Source: Acidobacteriota bacterium (GTDB taxonomy: Bacteria; Acidobacteriota; UBA6911; RPQK01; JAJDTT01). Taken from it: a stretch of 64,000 bases of DNA. The stretch lies in NCBI GenBank assembly GCA_965217775.1, contig CBDCJH010000002.1, positions 128,001 through 192,000 on the forward strand, in the 5' to 3' direction. Of the stretch, positions 49,301 through 58,080 are shown in pieces. Made by a program: the position numbers and the translations under genes. Numbering within the stretch: position 1 is the first letter of the stretch; each line of letters opens with the position of its first letter. The notes under the pieces are model-generated. The model was not told the origin of the DNA. It ran no database searches and worked only from the letters and a program-made list of their open reading frames with translations.

Positions 49301-49569
49301 TCACCTCCCTGACCACTTTCGCCGGCCTGACTCCATTGCTTATGGAAACGAGTCTACAGGCCCAATTCCTCATTCCCATGGCTGTCTCTCTGGCGTTTGG
49401 CGTCGTATTTTCGTCCCCGGTCATCCTGGTTCTGGTGCCGTGTACCTACATGATTCTGGAAGACCTGGGACGAGCTGCCCGCTGGCTTCTGGGCCGGCGA
49501 CCCGGGCAGGAGCCGGAAGCCCCGACTCTGATCCCGGCTCCGGTGAAAGCTGGGAGTCCCCGGAACTAG
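46315..49569 (+). CDS. RND efflux permease (AcrB family)
   Basis: 'GIVVDDAIVVGEN', 'GVVVNDSLILVD', 'RFRPIFLTSLTT'. Confidence 0.95.
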   Translation: MKRLVSWFASNGVVANLLMVVILVGGALSVSEIRKEVFPEFSADLISVSVLYPGAAPEEVEEGICIRVEEAIQSLPGVKRITSTASEAMGIVNVELLEGTDIRELLDEVKARVDAISTFPEEAEQPVIQEVIVRTQVINVAVSGPADEHTLKRVAEQVRDEVVSLPGITQAELSSARPYEVSIEVSEEVLLRHGLSFDQVAQAVRRSSLDLPGGSVRTQAGEILLRTKSQAYVGEEFRQLTLLSRPDGTRVLLGDVARVVDGFAETDQAARFDGQPAILVQVFRVGGQSALEIAAAVREYVKQKQLQLPEGLTLTTWKDDSRILRSRLDLLIKNGLAGLALVVLTLTLFLRVGLAFWVSLGIPISFLGCLMALPHLDVSINLISLFAFIVVLGIVVDDAIVVGENIFSQYEQGKPKLRAVIDGTQEMMIPVFFAVATTVAAFSPLLMIEGPTGKIMRVIPLVVLPTLVFSLVESLLILPYHLSHLRRSEKLRKRGVSGLWNRFQDLISRLLKRFVKRVYEPLLGLAVEWRYLTAALGVSILVLVVGMILGGRIKFNFFPPVEADNVMAFLTMPQGTPAEITAREMEKVERAATLLREEIDSSSRGDGSSSVFRHVLTSVGEQPTRVIQNRHNGGVSRFSGAHLGEVNIELAPSEERPLSQEGRLFSSTEIGNRWRELTGTIPDAVELTFSASLFAAGAPINVQFSGPDLDQLQEAAHKVKLKLNEYAGVYDIADSFRAGKQEIKLKIHPAAESLGLTQSDLARQVRQAFYGEEVQRIQRGRDEVKIMVRYPSDRRRSLGQMEGMRIRTPDGGEVPFSVVADSELSRGFASIRRVDRNRSISVTAEVDTQRANSNEILAEMESDHLPSLLRQFPGLTYSLEGEQEQQSETLAGLVQGFGVALAAIFVLLAIPLRSYFQPLLIMSAIPFGLVGAFLGHKILGMDLSILSVFGIVALAGVVVNDSLILVDYVNRQRRAGVPLRESILTAGSARFRPIFLTSLTTFAGLTPLLMETSLQAQFLIPMAVSLAFGVVFSSPVILVLVPCTYMILEDLGRAARWLLGRRPGQEPEAPTLIPAPVKAGSPRN

Positions 49570-49575
49570 GAGCCG

Positions 49576-51000
49576 ATGCCCGCACGATTTCCGGCCTGGG
49601 ATGTCCTGGACTCTTACCTGGGTCCGACCCTCTCGGCGGATCCCGGCCAAGCCCGGAAAGGGACCCAACGCCTGTTCCAAGATCTGATCGAACCTTTGGG
49701 TGACTCCTTCCTGGTCCGAGACCGCAGGCTCCAGCAGCAACTGTTGGCTCGGATCGTCTCCCGGGTCCGTGGGCTCCCGGAGGCGCTGTCGTTCCATGAG
49801 AGGCTCAGCCGGATGGGCCTGGAGGATGAAGAAGCCCTTTTGGCCCGGATTCAGAGACTGAGCCAGAGGGAGACTCCGGCCCTCCCGCGGCGGGTCGAAC
49901 GTCTGCTGGTCCCCTCCCGCGTGACCCTCGGTGCCGACCTCCTGCTCACCGGCGTCATCGTCCGGACCTGCCTGGACGCCTTTCCCGATGCGGAGGTCGT
50001 GTTCCTGGGCAGCCGCAAGAACGCCGATCTGATCGCGGCTGACTCCCGCCGTTTCCGGACCCGCGAACTCTCCTATCCGCGCCGCGGCTCCCTGCTGGAA
50101 CGCTTGTCGACCTGGGTGGATCTGGTGGATGCCGTCCGCGAAGAGACCCTTGGCCTGGTGGCCGGCCGCGACTTCGTCGTCATCAATCCCGATTCCCGGT
50201 TTCTCCAGAGCGGACTCCTGCCGCTGGTTCCCGCGGGCCGGGAGGCGAGGGGCTACTTGGGTTGGGATCCGTCGGTTTCAGGGAGAGAGACGGAGGAACG
50301 CAGCCAGTTGGAGGACCTGAACCGGTGGCTTGGTGAGATGTTCCGATCCCACCCTCGGAGTCCGCTTCAGGGTCCGTCCCTGCATCTTGAGGATTCGGTC
50401 CGGGGTTGGGCGAAAGAGATGCTGACCCCCCTGGACCTGGGCCGGGAGCCGGTTCTGGTGGGCATGAATCTGGGAGTCGGAGGCAATCCGGACAAGAGAA
50501 TTCATCGGGATCGGGAAACCGTCTCCGATTTTGAGCGGCTAGTGGTGACAGGCTTGCTGGGCCAGGGGGCGACGCTGGTGCTGGATGCCGGCTGGGGCGC
50601 GGATGAGTTGGAGCGGGCCCGGCAGCTCTACGTCGAGACCCGGGAGCGAGGCTTGAGAACGGCCCGAATCGCCGGGGGGCGGCTGCTGCAAGATGACTCG
50701 GGCTCATCGCCCGTCCGGCTGATTTTGTTTCAGGGGCCGGTCGCGGAGTTCGGGGCGCTTCTGCAGAAGTGCCGGATCTACGTCGGCTACGACTCGCTGG
50801 GTCAGCATCTGGCCGCTGCCCTGAACCTGGATCTGATCACCGTCTTCGGCGGACATGCCACCCCCCTCTTCGCACGCCGCTGGAGACCGGGTGGCGGCGG
50901 AAGGATTCGAGCGGTCGAGTCAGGGCCCGGGCCCTTCGACACGCGGCGCCAGGCAGAGTTGGCCGACAACGTATTGGCTGAGGCCCGATCGCTGCTTTGA
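49576..51000 (+). CDS. Glycosyltransferase family 9-like protein
   Basis: 'SRVTLGADLLLT' and 'YVGYDSLGQHLAAAL' resemble GT9 motifs. Confidence 0.65.
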   Translation: MPARFPAWDVLDSYLGPTLSADPGQARKGTQRLFQDLIEPLGDSFLVRDRRLQQQLLARIVSRVRGLPEALSFHERLSRMGLEDEEALLARIQRLSQRETPALPRRVERLLVPSRVTLGADLLLTGVIVRTCLDAFPDAEVVFLGSRKNADLIAADSRRFRTRELSYPRRGSLLERLSTWVDLVDAVREETLGLVAGRDFVVINPDSRFLQSGLLPLVPAGREARGYLGWDPSVSGRETEERSQLEDLNRWLGEMFRSHPRSPLQGPSLHLEDSVRGWAKEMLTPLDLGREPVLVGMNLGVGGNPDKRIHRDRETVSDFERLVVTGLLGQGATLVLDAGWGADELERARQLYVETRERGLRTARIAGGRLLQDDSGSSPVRLILFQGPVAEFGALLQKCRIYVGYDSLGQHLAAALNLDLITVFGGHATPLFARRWRPGGGGRIRAVESGPGPFDTRRQAELADNVLAEARSLL

Positions 51001-51028
51001 GGCTTCTCAGAAAAACATAGGGGCACCC

Positions 51029-51100
51029 TGGGAGGGGGACAGTCTTGTCCCCCGCTTCAACACCGACCCGGAATCGGGGGTTGCAAACCCCCGCTCCCAC
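51029..51100. repeat. REP-like inverted doublet
   Basis: TGGGAG-ggggacagtcttgtcccc-cg ... cgggggttgcaaacccccg-CTCCCA: two palindromes with inverted TGGGAG/CTCCCA ends. Confidence 0.6.
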
Positions 51101-51123
51101 GCCCCCTTTTTATCGGCCGTTGC

Positions 51124-52854
51124 ATGTGCTTGAATAGCCCCGTGCTAGAAGTCATTCGAAGTCCCAAGGTGTACGACGTCGTGGTCATCGGTTCCGGCGC
51201 CGGCGGCGGCACCGCGGTCCAGGTCCTGACCGGGAAGGGCATTGAGGTGGCCCTCCTGGAAGCGGGTCCCATGCTGGATCCCGAAAAGGACTACAAGGAG
51301 CACATGCTCCCGCATCACGTGGATCACCGGGGGGCCGGCGTGGGTGGCGCCCACTACTTCGGAAAGCAGCCCTGGGGCTTCTTCCGGGCGCCCAACGGAG
51401 CCTGGGAGCTGGAGGGCGAACCCTACACGGTGGCGCCGGGCAGCGATTTCCGCTGGTTCCGCTCCCGGATCCTGGGTGGACGCACCAACCACTACGGCCG
51501 GATCTCCCTTCGGTTCGCCGACTACGATTTCCTGCCCTACTCCATGGACGGACTGGGCACCGACTGGCCCATCACCTACGACGATCTGGCCCCCTACTAC
51601 GACAAGGCCGAATCCTTTATCGGTGTCACCGGGAGCATCGAGGGCATCCGGAGTGCGCCCGACGGCATCTTCCAACCGTGTCCGCCCCCGAAGGCCCACG
51701 AGCATCTCATCAAACAGGCCTGCACCCGCATGGGCCTTCCCTGCATCCCCATGCGGCGGGCGGTCATTACCCGTCCCCTCAATGGACGCGCCGCCTGCCA
51801 TTACTGCGGGCAGTGCGGGCGGGGCTGCATCACCGCCTCCAACTACGCCTCCAGCCAGGTACAGATCCTGCCCGCCCTGAAGACCGGCAAACTGAAGATC
51901 TTCGACCAGGCCATGGCCAGGGAGATCCTCAGCGACGAGGACGGCCGCGTCACGGCCGTCTCCTACATCGACAAGAAGACTCGAACGGAACGGCAGATCC
52001 GGTGCCGGGTCGTGGTGCTGGCCGCCAGCGCCTGCGAGTCCACACGGCTCCTTCTGAATTCCCGGTCCAGCCGTTTTCCCCAGGGCCTGTCCAACAACTC
52101 GGGGGTGGTGGGCCGGTTCCTGATGGACACGGTGGGCCTTGGAATCCAGGGGTACGTCCCGGCTCTGGAGGGTATGCCCCGTTACGACACGGACGGGTTC
52201 AGCGGCGGCCACGTCTACTCTCCGTGGTGGGAATGGGACAAGAAGAACAAGGAATTCCCCCGCGGGTACCACATCGAGATCGGCGGCGGCTTCGGAATGC
52301 CCGGCGTCGGCAGCTTCCAGGGGCAGGTGAACCGGATCGGCGGCTACGGCCGGGAACTCAAGGGGCGGATCCGGAAGGAGTACGGCGCCTTCGTGTCGTT
52401 TGCCGGACGCGGTGAGATGATCCCCAACAATCTGAGCTACTGCGAGCTGGACCCGGTGACGGTGGACAAATGGGGGATTCCGGTGCTGCGCTTCCATTTC
52501 AAGTGGAGCGACTACGAATGGAAGCAGGCCCGGCACATGGAGCGAACCTTCGTCGACCTGATCGAGACCATGGGGGGGAAGGTGCTGGGTCACCGGTCAC
52601 CCCAGGTGGACGGAAAGGGAATTTCGGTTCCCGGCACCATCATCCATGAGTTGGGGACCGTCCGCATGGGGAACGACCCTCGCAGTTCGGCCCTGAACCA
52701 GTACTGTCAGGGCCACGAGGTGCCCAACCTCTTCGTGGCCGATGCGGCTCCTTTCGTCAGCAATCCCGACAAGAATCCCACTCTGACCATCACGGCTCTG
52801 GCTTGGCGCACATCGGACTACATCGCCGAGGAAATGAGGAAGGGCCATGTCTGA
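51124..52854 (+). CDS. GMC family oxidoreductase (sugar 3-dehydrogenase-like)
   Basis: GSGAGGG FAD motif, 'CHYCGQCGRGC', 'HELGTVRMG', 'KNPTLTI'. Confidence 0.93.
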   Translation: MCLNSPVLEVIRSPKVYDVVVIGSGAGGGTAVQVLTGKGIEVALLEAGPMLDPEKDYKEHMLPHHVDHRGAGVGGAHYFGKQPWGFFRAPNGAWELEGEPYTVAPGSDFRWFRSRILGGRTNHYGRISLRFADYDFLPYSMDGLGTDWPITYDDLAPYYDKAESFIGVTGSIEGIRSAPDGIFQPCPPPKAHEHLIKQACTRMGLPCIPMRRAVITRPLNGRAACHYCGQCGRGCITASNYASSQVQILPALKTGKLKIFDQAMAREILSDEDGRVTAVSYIDKKTRTERQIRCRVVVLAASACESTRLLLNSRSSRFPQGLSNNSGVVGRFLMDTVGLGIQGYVPALEGMPRYDTDGFSGGHVYSPWWEWDKKNKEFPRGYHIEIGGGFGMPGVGSFQGQVNRIGGYGRELKGRIRKEYGAFVSFAGRGEMIPNNLSYCELDPVTVDKWGIPVLRFHFKWSDYEWKQARHMERTFVDLIETMGGKVLGHRSPQVDGKGISVPGTIIHELGTVRMGNDPRSSALNQYCQGHEVPNLFVADAAPFVSNPDKNPTLTITALAWRTSDYIAEEMRKGHV

Positions 52855-53545
52855 GCCGGGCGGCCGCCAGGCCATCGAAGTTTCCCGCCGCGTCCTGCTC
52901 CAGCGGATCGCCATGGCGGTGGCTTCAACCGGCGTGCTGGATCTGAGGGCGGCCCAGCATGTCCACAAGGCCGTGTCTCACGAGAAGCAGCGGACCGGCG
53001 AATACACGCCGCAATGCTTCAACGCCGGCGAGTATGAGACGCTGCAGCGGCTGAGCGAGTTGATGGTTCCGGCCGACGATCATTCCGGCAGCGCCCTGGA
53101 TGCCGGGGCTCCGGAGTTCATCGACGTGCTTGCCAGCCAGAACGAGGAACTGGCCAGGATCTTCATCTCCGGGATCTTCTGGCTCGACCGCGAGATGGGC
53201 CGCCGTCAGGCCAGCCGTTTCAAGGATGCCTCCGAGGGGGAGCAGACTCGGCTGTTGGATGATCTGGCCGCCGAAGCCGACGGGTCGGAAGAGGCCCTGC
53301 AAGGCTCTCGCGCCGGTGTCGAGTATGCCGGCTTCAAGGACTACACGGCCCGGGCCGATCGGCGCCTCGGGCCCGGAGCCCGCTTCTTCGTGTGGGCGCG
53401 GCGCCTGATCGTCGACGCCTTCTACACCAGCCCCATCGGATTTGAGGACGTGGGGTACAAGGGCAACCAGTACCTGACCGATTACGAGGTCCCGCAAGAG
53501 GCCATCGACTACGTCATGAAGCGGAGCCCACTCGGAACGGCGTGA
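52847..53545 (+). CDS. Gluconate 2-dehydrogenase subunit 3 family protein
   Basis: Tat-like SRRVLL, 'PADDHSGSALDAGAPEFID', 'AFYTS..G...GYKGN'. Confidence 0.88.
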   Translation: MSEPGGRQAIEVSRRVLLQRIAMAVASTGVLDLRAAQHVHKAVSHEKQRTGEYTPQCFNAGEYETLQRLSELMVPADDHSGSALDAGAPEFIDVLASQNEELARIFISGIFWLDREMGRRQASRFKDASEGEQTRLLDDLAAEADGSEEALQGSRAGVEYAGFKDYTARADRRLGPGARFFVWARRLIVDAFYTSPIGFEDVGYKGNQYLTDYEVPQEAIDYVMKRSPLGTA

Positions 53546-53566
53546 TTCTTCGAGTCGTGGCCGGAT

Positions 53567-54859
53567 CTAGGCTGCGCTGGATGTCCCATTGCCCGGCTGG
53601 CGATTCCCGTAGATGGTCACGACTCCGGTCCGGTCGTCTCCCCCTAGATTCGCCGCCAGACCGAACTCGGGACGCCGGGCGATCTGGTAGCCGCCGCATC
53701 GGCCCTTGAGTTGCTTGAAGATCTCCAGGGCCTGCTTGACCCCGGTGGCGCCCACCGGATGGCCGAAGCCCATGAGGCCGCCTCCCGTGTTCACCGGCAG
53801 ATCTCCTTCGATCTCCGTGGCGCCGTTACGGACCAGCTCCGAAGCTTCGCCCTTCCGGCAGAACCCCAACGCCTCGTAAAGGAGCAACTCGGTAACGCTG
53901 AAGCAGTCGTGGACCTCGGCGACGCCGATCTGCCCGGGCCCGACCTGTCCGTCCTCATAGGCTTCCTGGGCGGCTATCGCGGCCGTGGAGAGACTCAGGG
54001 GATCCGGGATTTCGTCCAGGGGAGCGGTGGCATGGCCGTAGGAAAGGATCTGAACGGCGTCCCGGACGGGAGACTTGCCCAGCGTCTCCAGCCCCCGGTC
54101 CGAAACCAGGACCAGGGCCGAGGCTCCGTCCGAGACCTGAGAGCAGTCGCTCACTTTCAGGTAGTCGCGGAACTCGGGATGACTGAGGAATTGGGGGTTC
54201 CGATCGGAAGGAGTCGAAGCCTCTTCCAGGGTCAACCGGACGGCCTGCATGTGGGCGTTCGGGTTCCGGTTGGCGTTGGAGTAGGCCTTGACCACAACCC
54301 GCGCCAGGTCTTCTTCCCCCACGCCGTAGGCTTGCCGGTAGGCCTTGGAGCGGCGGGCGAAAAGGCAGGGAAAGGTAAAGGGATCGCAGCTTCGCTGGGT
54401 CTCGTAGTGGGCGGCTCGAGCCAGATAGTCGGCCCCTTCCTTGGCACTGACCGTGGTCTGCACCTCGACCCCGGCCACCAGGACGAAGTCGCAGCCTGCG
54501 GAAATGGCGTCGATCCCGGCGATCAGCGCCAGACCACCCGAGGCGCAGGCCCCCTCGACCCTGGAGAAGGCCTTGTTCTTGAATCCGGGCCGGACGCCGG
54601 CCAAGAGGGAACCGAGATGCCCCTGTTTGGAGAAGAGCTCGCCGGTGAAGTTGCCCACGTAGCCCCGCTGGATCTGGTGGTCTGAGACGCTGGTGTCTTC
54701 CAAGGCGCCGATGACGGCCCGCTTCAGGTGCCCTTCCAGCGACGGGTTGGCTCGCCGGCCGTAGTCCGGATGGCCTTTCCAGATGAAGTCGGGATGAAAT
54801 TTTCCGATGAAGCCGCTGTGTGCACCCCCGATCAGGTGCACGTTTCGGGAAGGTTTCAT
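53567..54859 (-). CDS. SCP2-type thiolase
   Basis: EGACASGG, HDCF and GHPVGATG motifs. Confidence 0.9.
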   Translation of the reverse strand: MKPSRNVHLIGGAHSGFIGKFHPDFIWKGHPDYGRRANPSLEGHLKRAVIGALEDTSVSDHQIQRGYVGNFTGELFSKQGHLGSLLAGVRPGFKNKAFSRVEGACASGGLALIAGIDAISAGCDFVLVAGVEVQTTVSAKEGADYLARAAHYETQRSCDPFTFPCLFARRSKAYRQAYGVGEEDLARVVVKAYSNANRNPNAHMQAVRLTLEEASTPSDRNPQFLSHPEFRDYLKVSDCSQVSDGASALVLVSDRGLETLGKSPVRDAVQILSYGHATAPLDEIPDPLSLSTAAIAAQEAYEDGQVGPGQIGVAEVHDCFSVTELLLYEALGFCRKGEASELVRNGATEIEGDLPVNTGGGLMGFGHPVGATGVKQALEIFKQLKGRCGGYQIARRPEFGLAANLGGDDRTGVVTIYGNRQPGNGTSSAA

Positions 54860-55206
54860 TCGGTTTCTCCGTTGGTCCACAAGGCGGCATAGTCCTCCCG
54901 GACAGGACTGAATACGTCCAGCGCGCGCGCTGGCCCCCCCACGGCCGCCGCACGATGGGGGGTATCGGGAGGAATGATGTAATACTCTCCGGGTTCCAGA
55001 ATTCTCGACTCGGAACCGATCTGCAGCTCCATACGGCCCTGCAACAGCACGCCCCCCTGCTCATGGGGATGGGTGTGGAGGGGGACCTGGGCACCGGGCT
55101 CGAAGTCCACGATCGAGAGCATGAGATTTTCGCCATGAGGCGCCCTGATCCTGATCCCGGGGAAGATCTCCCGGGCTTCGATTCGGGCCAGATCCAGAAA
55201 AGGCAT
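54856..55206 (-). CDS. Cupin-domain protein
   Basis: 'PLHTHPHEQ', 'IPPDTPH', 'LDVFSPVREDY'. Confidence 0.9.
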   Translation of the reverse strand: MPFLDLARIEAREIFPGIRIRAPHGENLMLSIVDFEPGAQVPLHTHPHEQGGVLLQGRMELQIGSESRILEPGEYYIIPPDTPHRAAAVGGPARALDVFSPVREDYAALWTNGETE

Positions 55207-55315
55207 GCGGGCACTCCTTTCCATCCGTTCCGCTCAGTCTACATGGTACAGCGTCATGCCGGTCGCTGTCATTGAGAGCCGCCTACCATCCGGGTCTGCG
55301 GGACGCCTGTTTTTC

Positions 55316-55346
55316 TCTCACTTTTCATTCCTCACTTCTCACTCCT
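55316..55346. repeat. Short heptamer tandem repeat
   Basis: tctcact-tttcatt-cctcact-tctcact-cct. Confidence 0.55.
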
Positions 55347-55453
55347 CCAATTGCTATATATGATGGCCGTCATGCATCGGATCCTGGGAGATTTCTCCTT
55401 CCCACACCATACTTGTGAGGAGCGAGACGGGGTCGTCTTCGGGGAGCGGAAGC

Positions 55454-56323
55454 TTGCCTGAGCTTCCCGAAGTCGAAACCTTGCGCCGGGAGCTGGAGCC
55501 TCGGCTACGGGGCCGGGTCATCAGATCGCTGAGCACGTTTCCATCGCGGGTCTTCCAATTGGATCCGGCTACCCTGGAAGCGGCCGTCACCGGCCAGACC
55601 ATCCACGCCGTATCCCGCCGGGCCAAGTACCTCATTTTCGAGCTGGACCGCTGGTACTGGATCATTCACCTGGGTATGACCGGACAGCTCACGATCCTGG
55701 ACGAACCCATGGAGAACAACGGATCGAGTTCCAGTGGCGGGGACACCCACGTCGCCCTCGTGGCCCGTCTTTCCCGGGGCCGGGCGCTGGCGTTCCGGGA
55801 CGTCAGGAAGTTCGGCCGGGTCATGCTGCTCTCCAAGGAGGGAGGCGGCCTGGGGTCCCGCCTCGGTTCCCTGGGTCCGGAGCCCTTGGGCAGCGACTAT
55901 CTCCTGGAGGACTTTCTGGGGAAATTGGCCAAGAGGAAGGCCCGGATCAAGTCGTTGCTGCTGGATCAGAAGGTCGTGGCCGGGGTCGGAAACATCTATG
56001 CCGACGAGGCCCTCTTCGAAGCCGGTGTGCACCCGGCCAGACGAGTCCGGTACATCCGCCGCTGGGAAAAAGTGAAGCTCTTCGAATCGATCCCGCGAGT
56101 GTTGGAAAGGGCCGTGCTCCATGGCGGGACGACGCTTCAGGACTATCGGAGGAGCAGCGGCAAACCGGGAGAGTATCAAACTTTGCTCAAAGTGTACGGG
56201 CGCGACGGCCAACCGTGCACTCAATGCGGTTCAATCATCCAGAAGACGGTCATCAGCCAGCGAGGCAGCCATTTCTGTGCCTGTTGCCAGCCCCGGATGC
56301 CTCGCCCCAGACCAGGCTGTTGA
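55454..56323 (+). CDS. mutM: Formamidopyrimidine-DNA glycosylase
   Basis: PELPEVE N-terminus, HLGMTG, GVGNIYADE, C4 zinc finger. Confidence 0.96.
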   Translation: MPELPEVETLRRELEPRLRGRVIRSLSTFPSRVFQLDPATLEAAVTGQTIHAVSRRAKYLIFELDRWYWIIHLGMTGQLTILDEPMENNGSSSSGGDTHVALVARLSRGRALAFRDVRKFGRVMLLSKEGGGLGSRLGSLGPEPLGSDYLLEDFLGKLAKRKARIKSLLLDQKVVAGVGNIYADEALFEAGVHPARRVRYIRRWEKVKLFESIPRVLERAVLHGGTTLQDYRRSSGKPGEYQTLLKVYGRDGQPCTQCGSIIQKTVISQRGSHFCACCQPRMPRPRPGC

Positions 56324-56349
56324 GGTTGCATTCAGGAGGAGGGAAGAGA

Positions 56350-58023
56350 ATGAGCGGTCGAGTCCAATGTGCTCCGATTCCAGGCGCAGACGAGTTGATG
56401 AGTCCCGAATTCCAGAACTACCTGCTGGTCCTCCACGACCAGTTCGCCGGCCGCATCCATGAGCTTCGCCAAAAGCGGGCCCAGGTGTTGAAGCGAGCGC
56501 TCCATGACGGCGCCGGCCCGGCCCATCTGCCTCCGAGCAACGCCACGACCGGGGACTGGAGCGTTCCCGAAGTGCCGGAGGAGCTCTACGAACCGGGGAT
56601 TGAAATCTCCGGACCTGCCTCCATCACCGGAATGTTCATCAACGCCCTCAATCCGGGTCCGGGTGGATTCCGGGCCCAAGGCGACCTGGACGACGACGAA
56701 GATTCGGCCGGCCACCGGCTGGTGGACACCCTGCAGGCGGCAGCCAACCGCAAGGGTGCCGTTGAACGTACGCTGACCTACTACAACGCCGCCAAGGGAA
56801 AGAAATACGAACTCGCGGAAGGGGGTCTCCCTTTCTTCATGCATCGGGAACGGGGGCTTCACCTGGACGAGCCGGAGGTCCTGGTGGATGGGGCTCCCAT
56901 CTCCGCCAGCATTCTGGGAACGGCGCTGACTCTCTTCCATGCCGGTCAGGCCCAGGCCCGGCGGGGTCAGGGGATCTACTTCTACCTCCCCAAGATGGAG
57001 TCGGCCGAGGAAGCCGGGTTCTGGAGGGACTTCTTCGCCGCAAGTCAGGACTCTCTGCCGGGTCTCCGGAGCGCCACCATCCGGGCCATCGCCTTGGTCG
57101 AGTCGGTTCCGGCCGCCTTTCAGATGGAGGAGATCCTGTACGCCCTGGGGGAGTACGCGGCCGGTCTCAACGCGGCTCGCTGGGACTTCAAGGCCAGCAT
57201 CCTGGAATACGTGATGGCGGACCCGGCTTCGGTCTGGCCCGACCGTTTCGACGTGGACATCAAGACCACCGACTTCCTGACGCGGATATTTCGACGGCTG
57301 GTGGCCATCTGTCTCAAACGCGGCGCGGTTCCCATCGGCGGCATGGCCACGGCGCTGCCGAGCCGCGACGCCGAGGTGAACCAAGTGGCGGCCGAGGCGA
57401 TTCGGGCGGACAAACAGTGGGAGGCCGAGCAGGGTTTTCTGCGGGGGTGGGTCGCGCATATATTCCATATGAAGACGGCGGCGGATCCCTTTCGGGACCT
57501 GAGGGGCTCGGGTTGGAAACCGTCTGCGGAGATGGCTCGGCCTGAGAACTACCCCATCGAGATCATGGTCCCGGAGGGTCCCATAACCGAGGGGGGAACC
57601 CGCCGGAATGCGCGCATGCTGCTGGAGTACGTGGAGGGGTGGCTCAATGGCCGGGGCGCCAAGGGAATCGACAGTCTGGCGGGGCAGCCGGGCAAGCGCC
57701 CGGCCCTGATGGAGGACCTGGCCACGGCCCGGATCTCGGTGGCTCAGATCGCGCAGAGAGTGATCCACGAAGCCCGGGATGCCCGGACCGGCCGGAAGCA
57801 CGATTTTGCTCTGGTCAAGAAGCTGATGGGGGAGGAGTTGGAGAGTATCCTGGAGTTGAGCGCGGCAGGCTCCTCCGGGTCCGGCGCCGCCAAGCGCTAT
57901 CGGAATTCCTACAAGATCGCGCTGCAGTGGGTCAGAAACTATACGGAACTGGACTTCAGAAGTCTGGGCTCCTACACGCGCGGCGATCTGGCCCGGATTG
58001 CAGCCAGTGAGGATGCTTTCTAG
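56350..58023 (+). CDS. Malate synthase (divergent)
   Basis: 'RERGLHL', 'YFYLPKMES', 'GLNAARWD', 'GGMA', 'LMEDLATARIS'. Confidence 0.85.
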   Translation: MSGRVQCAPIPGADELMSPEFQNYLLVLHDQFAGRIHELRQKRAQVLKRALHDGAGPAHLPPSNATTGDWSVPEVPEELYEPGIEISGPASITGMFINALNPGPGGFRAQGDLDDDEDSAGHRLVDTLQAAANRKGAVERTLTYYNAAKGKKYELAEGGLPFFMHRERGLHLDEPEVLVDGAPISASILGTALTLFHAGQAQARRGQGIYFYLPKMESAEEAGFWRDFFAASQDSLPGLRSATIRAIALVESVPAAFQMEEILYALGEYAAGLNAARWDFKASILEYVMADPASVWPDRFDVDIKTTDFLTRIFRRLVAICLKRGAVPIGGMATALPSRDAEVNQVAAEAIRADKQWEAEQGFLRGWVAHIFHMKTAADPFRDLRGSGWKPSAEMARPENYPIEIMVPEGPITEGGTRRNARMLLEYVEGWLNGRGAKGIDSLAGQPGKRPALMEDLATARISVAQIAQRVIHEARDARTGRKHDFALVKKLMGEELESILELSAAGSSGSGAAKRYRNSYKIALQWVRNYTELDFRSLGSYTRGDLARIAASEDAF

Positions 58024-58080
58024 CCCCCATCATATACTTCCTGGGGCCAGTGGCCCTTGGTGCATCGGATGCGTTAGGTC

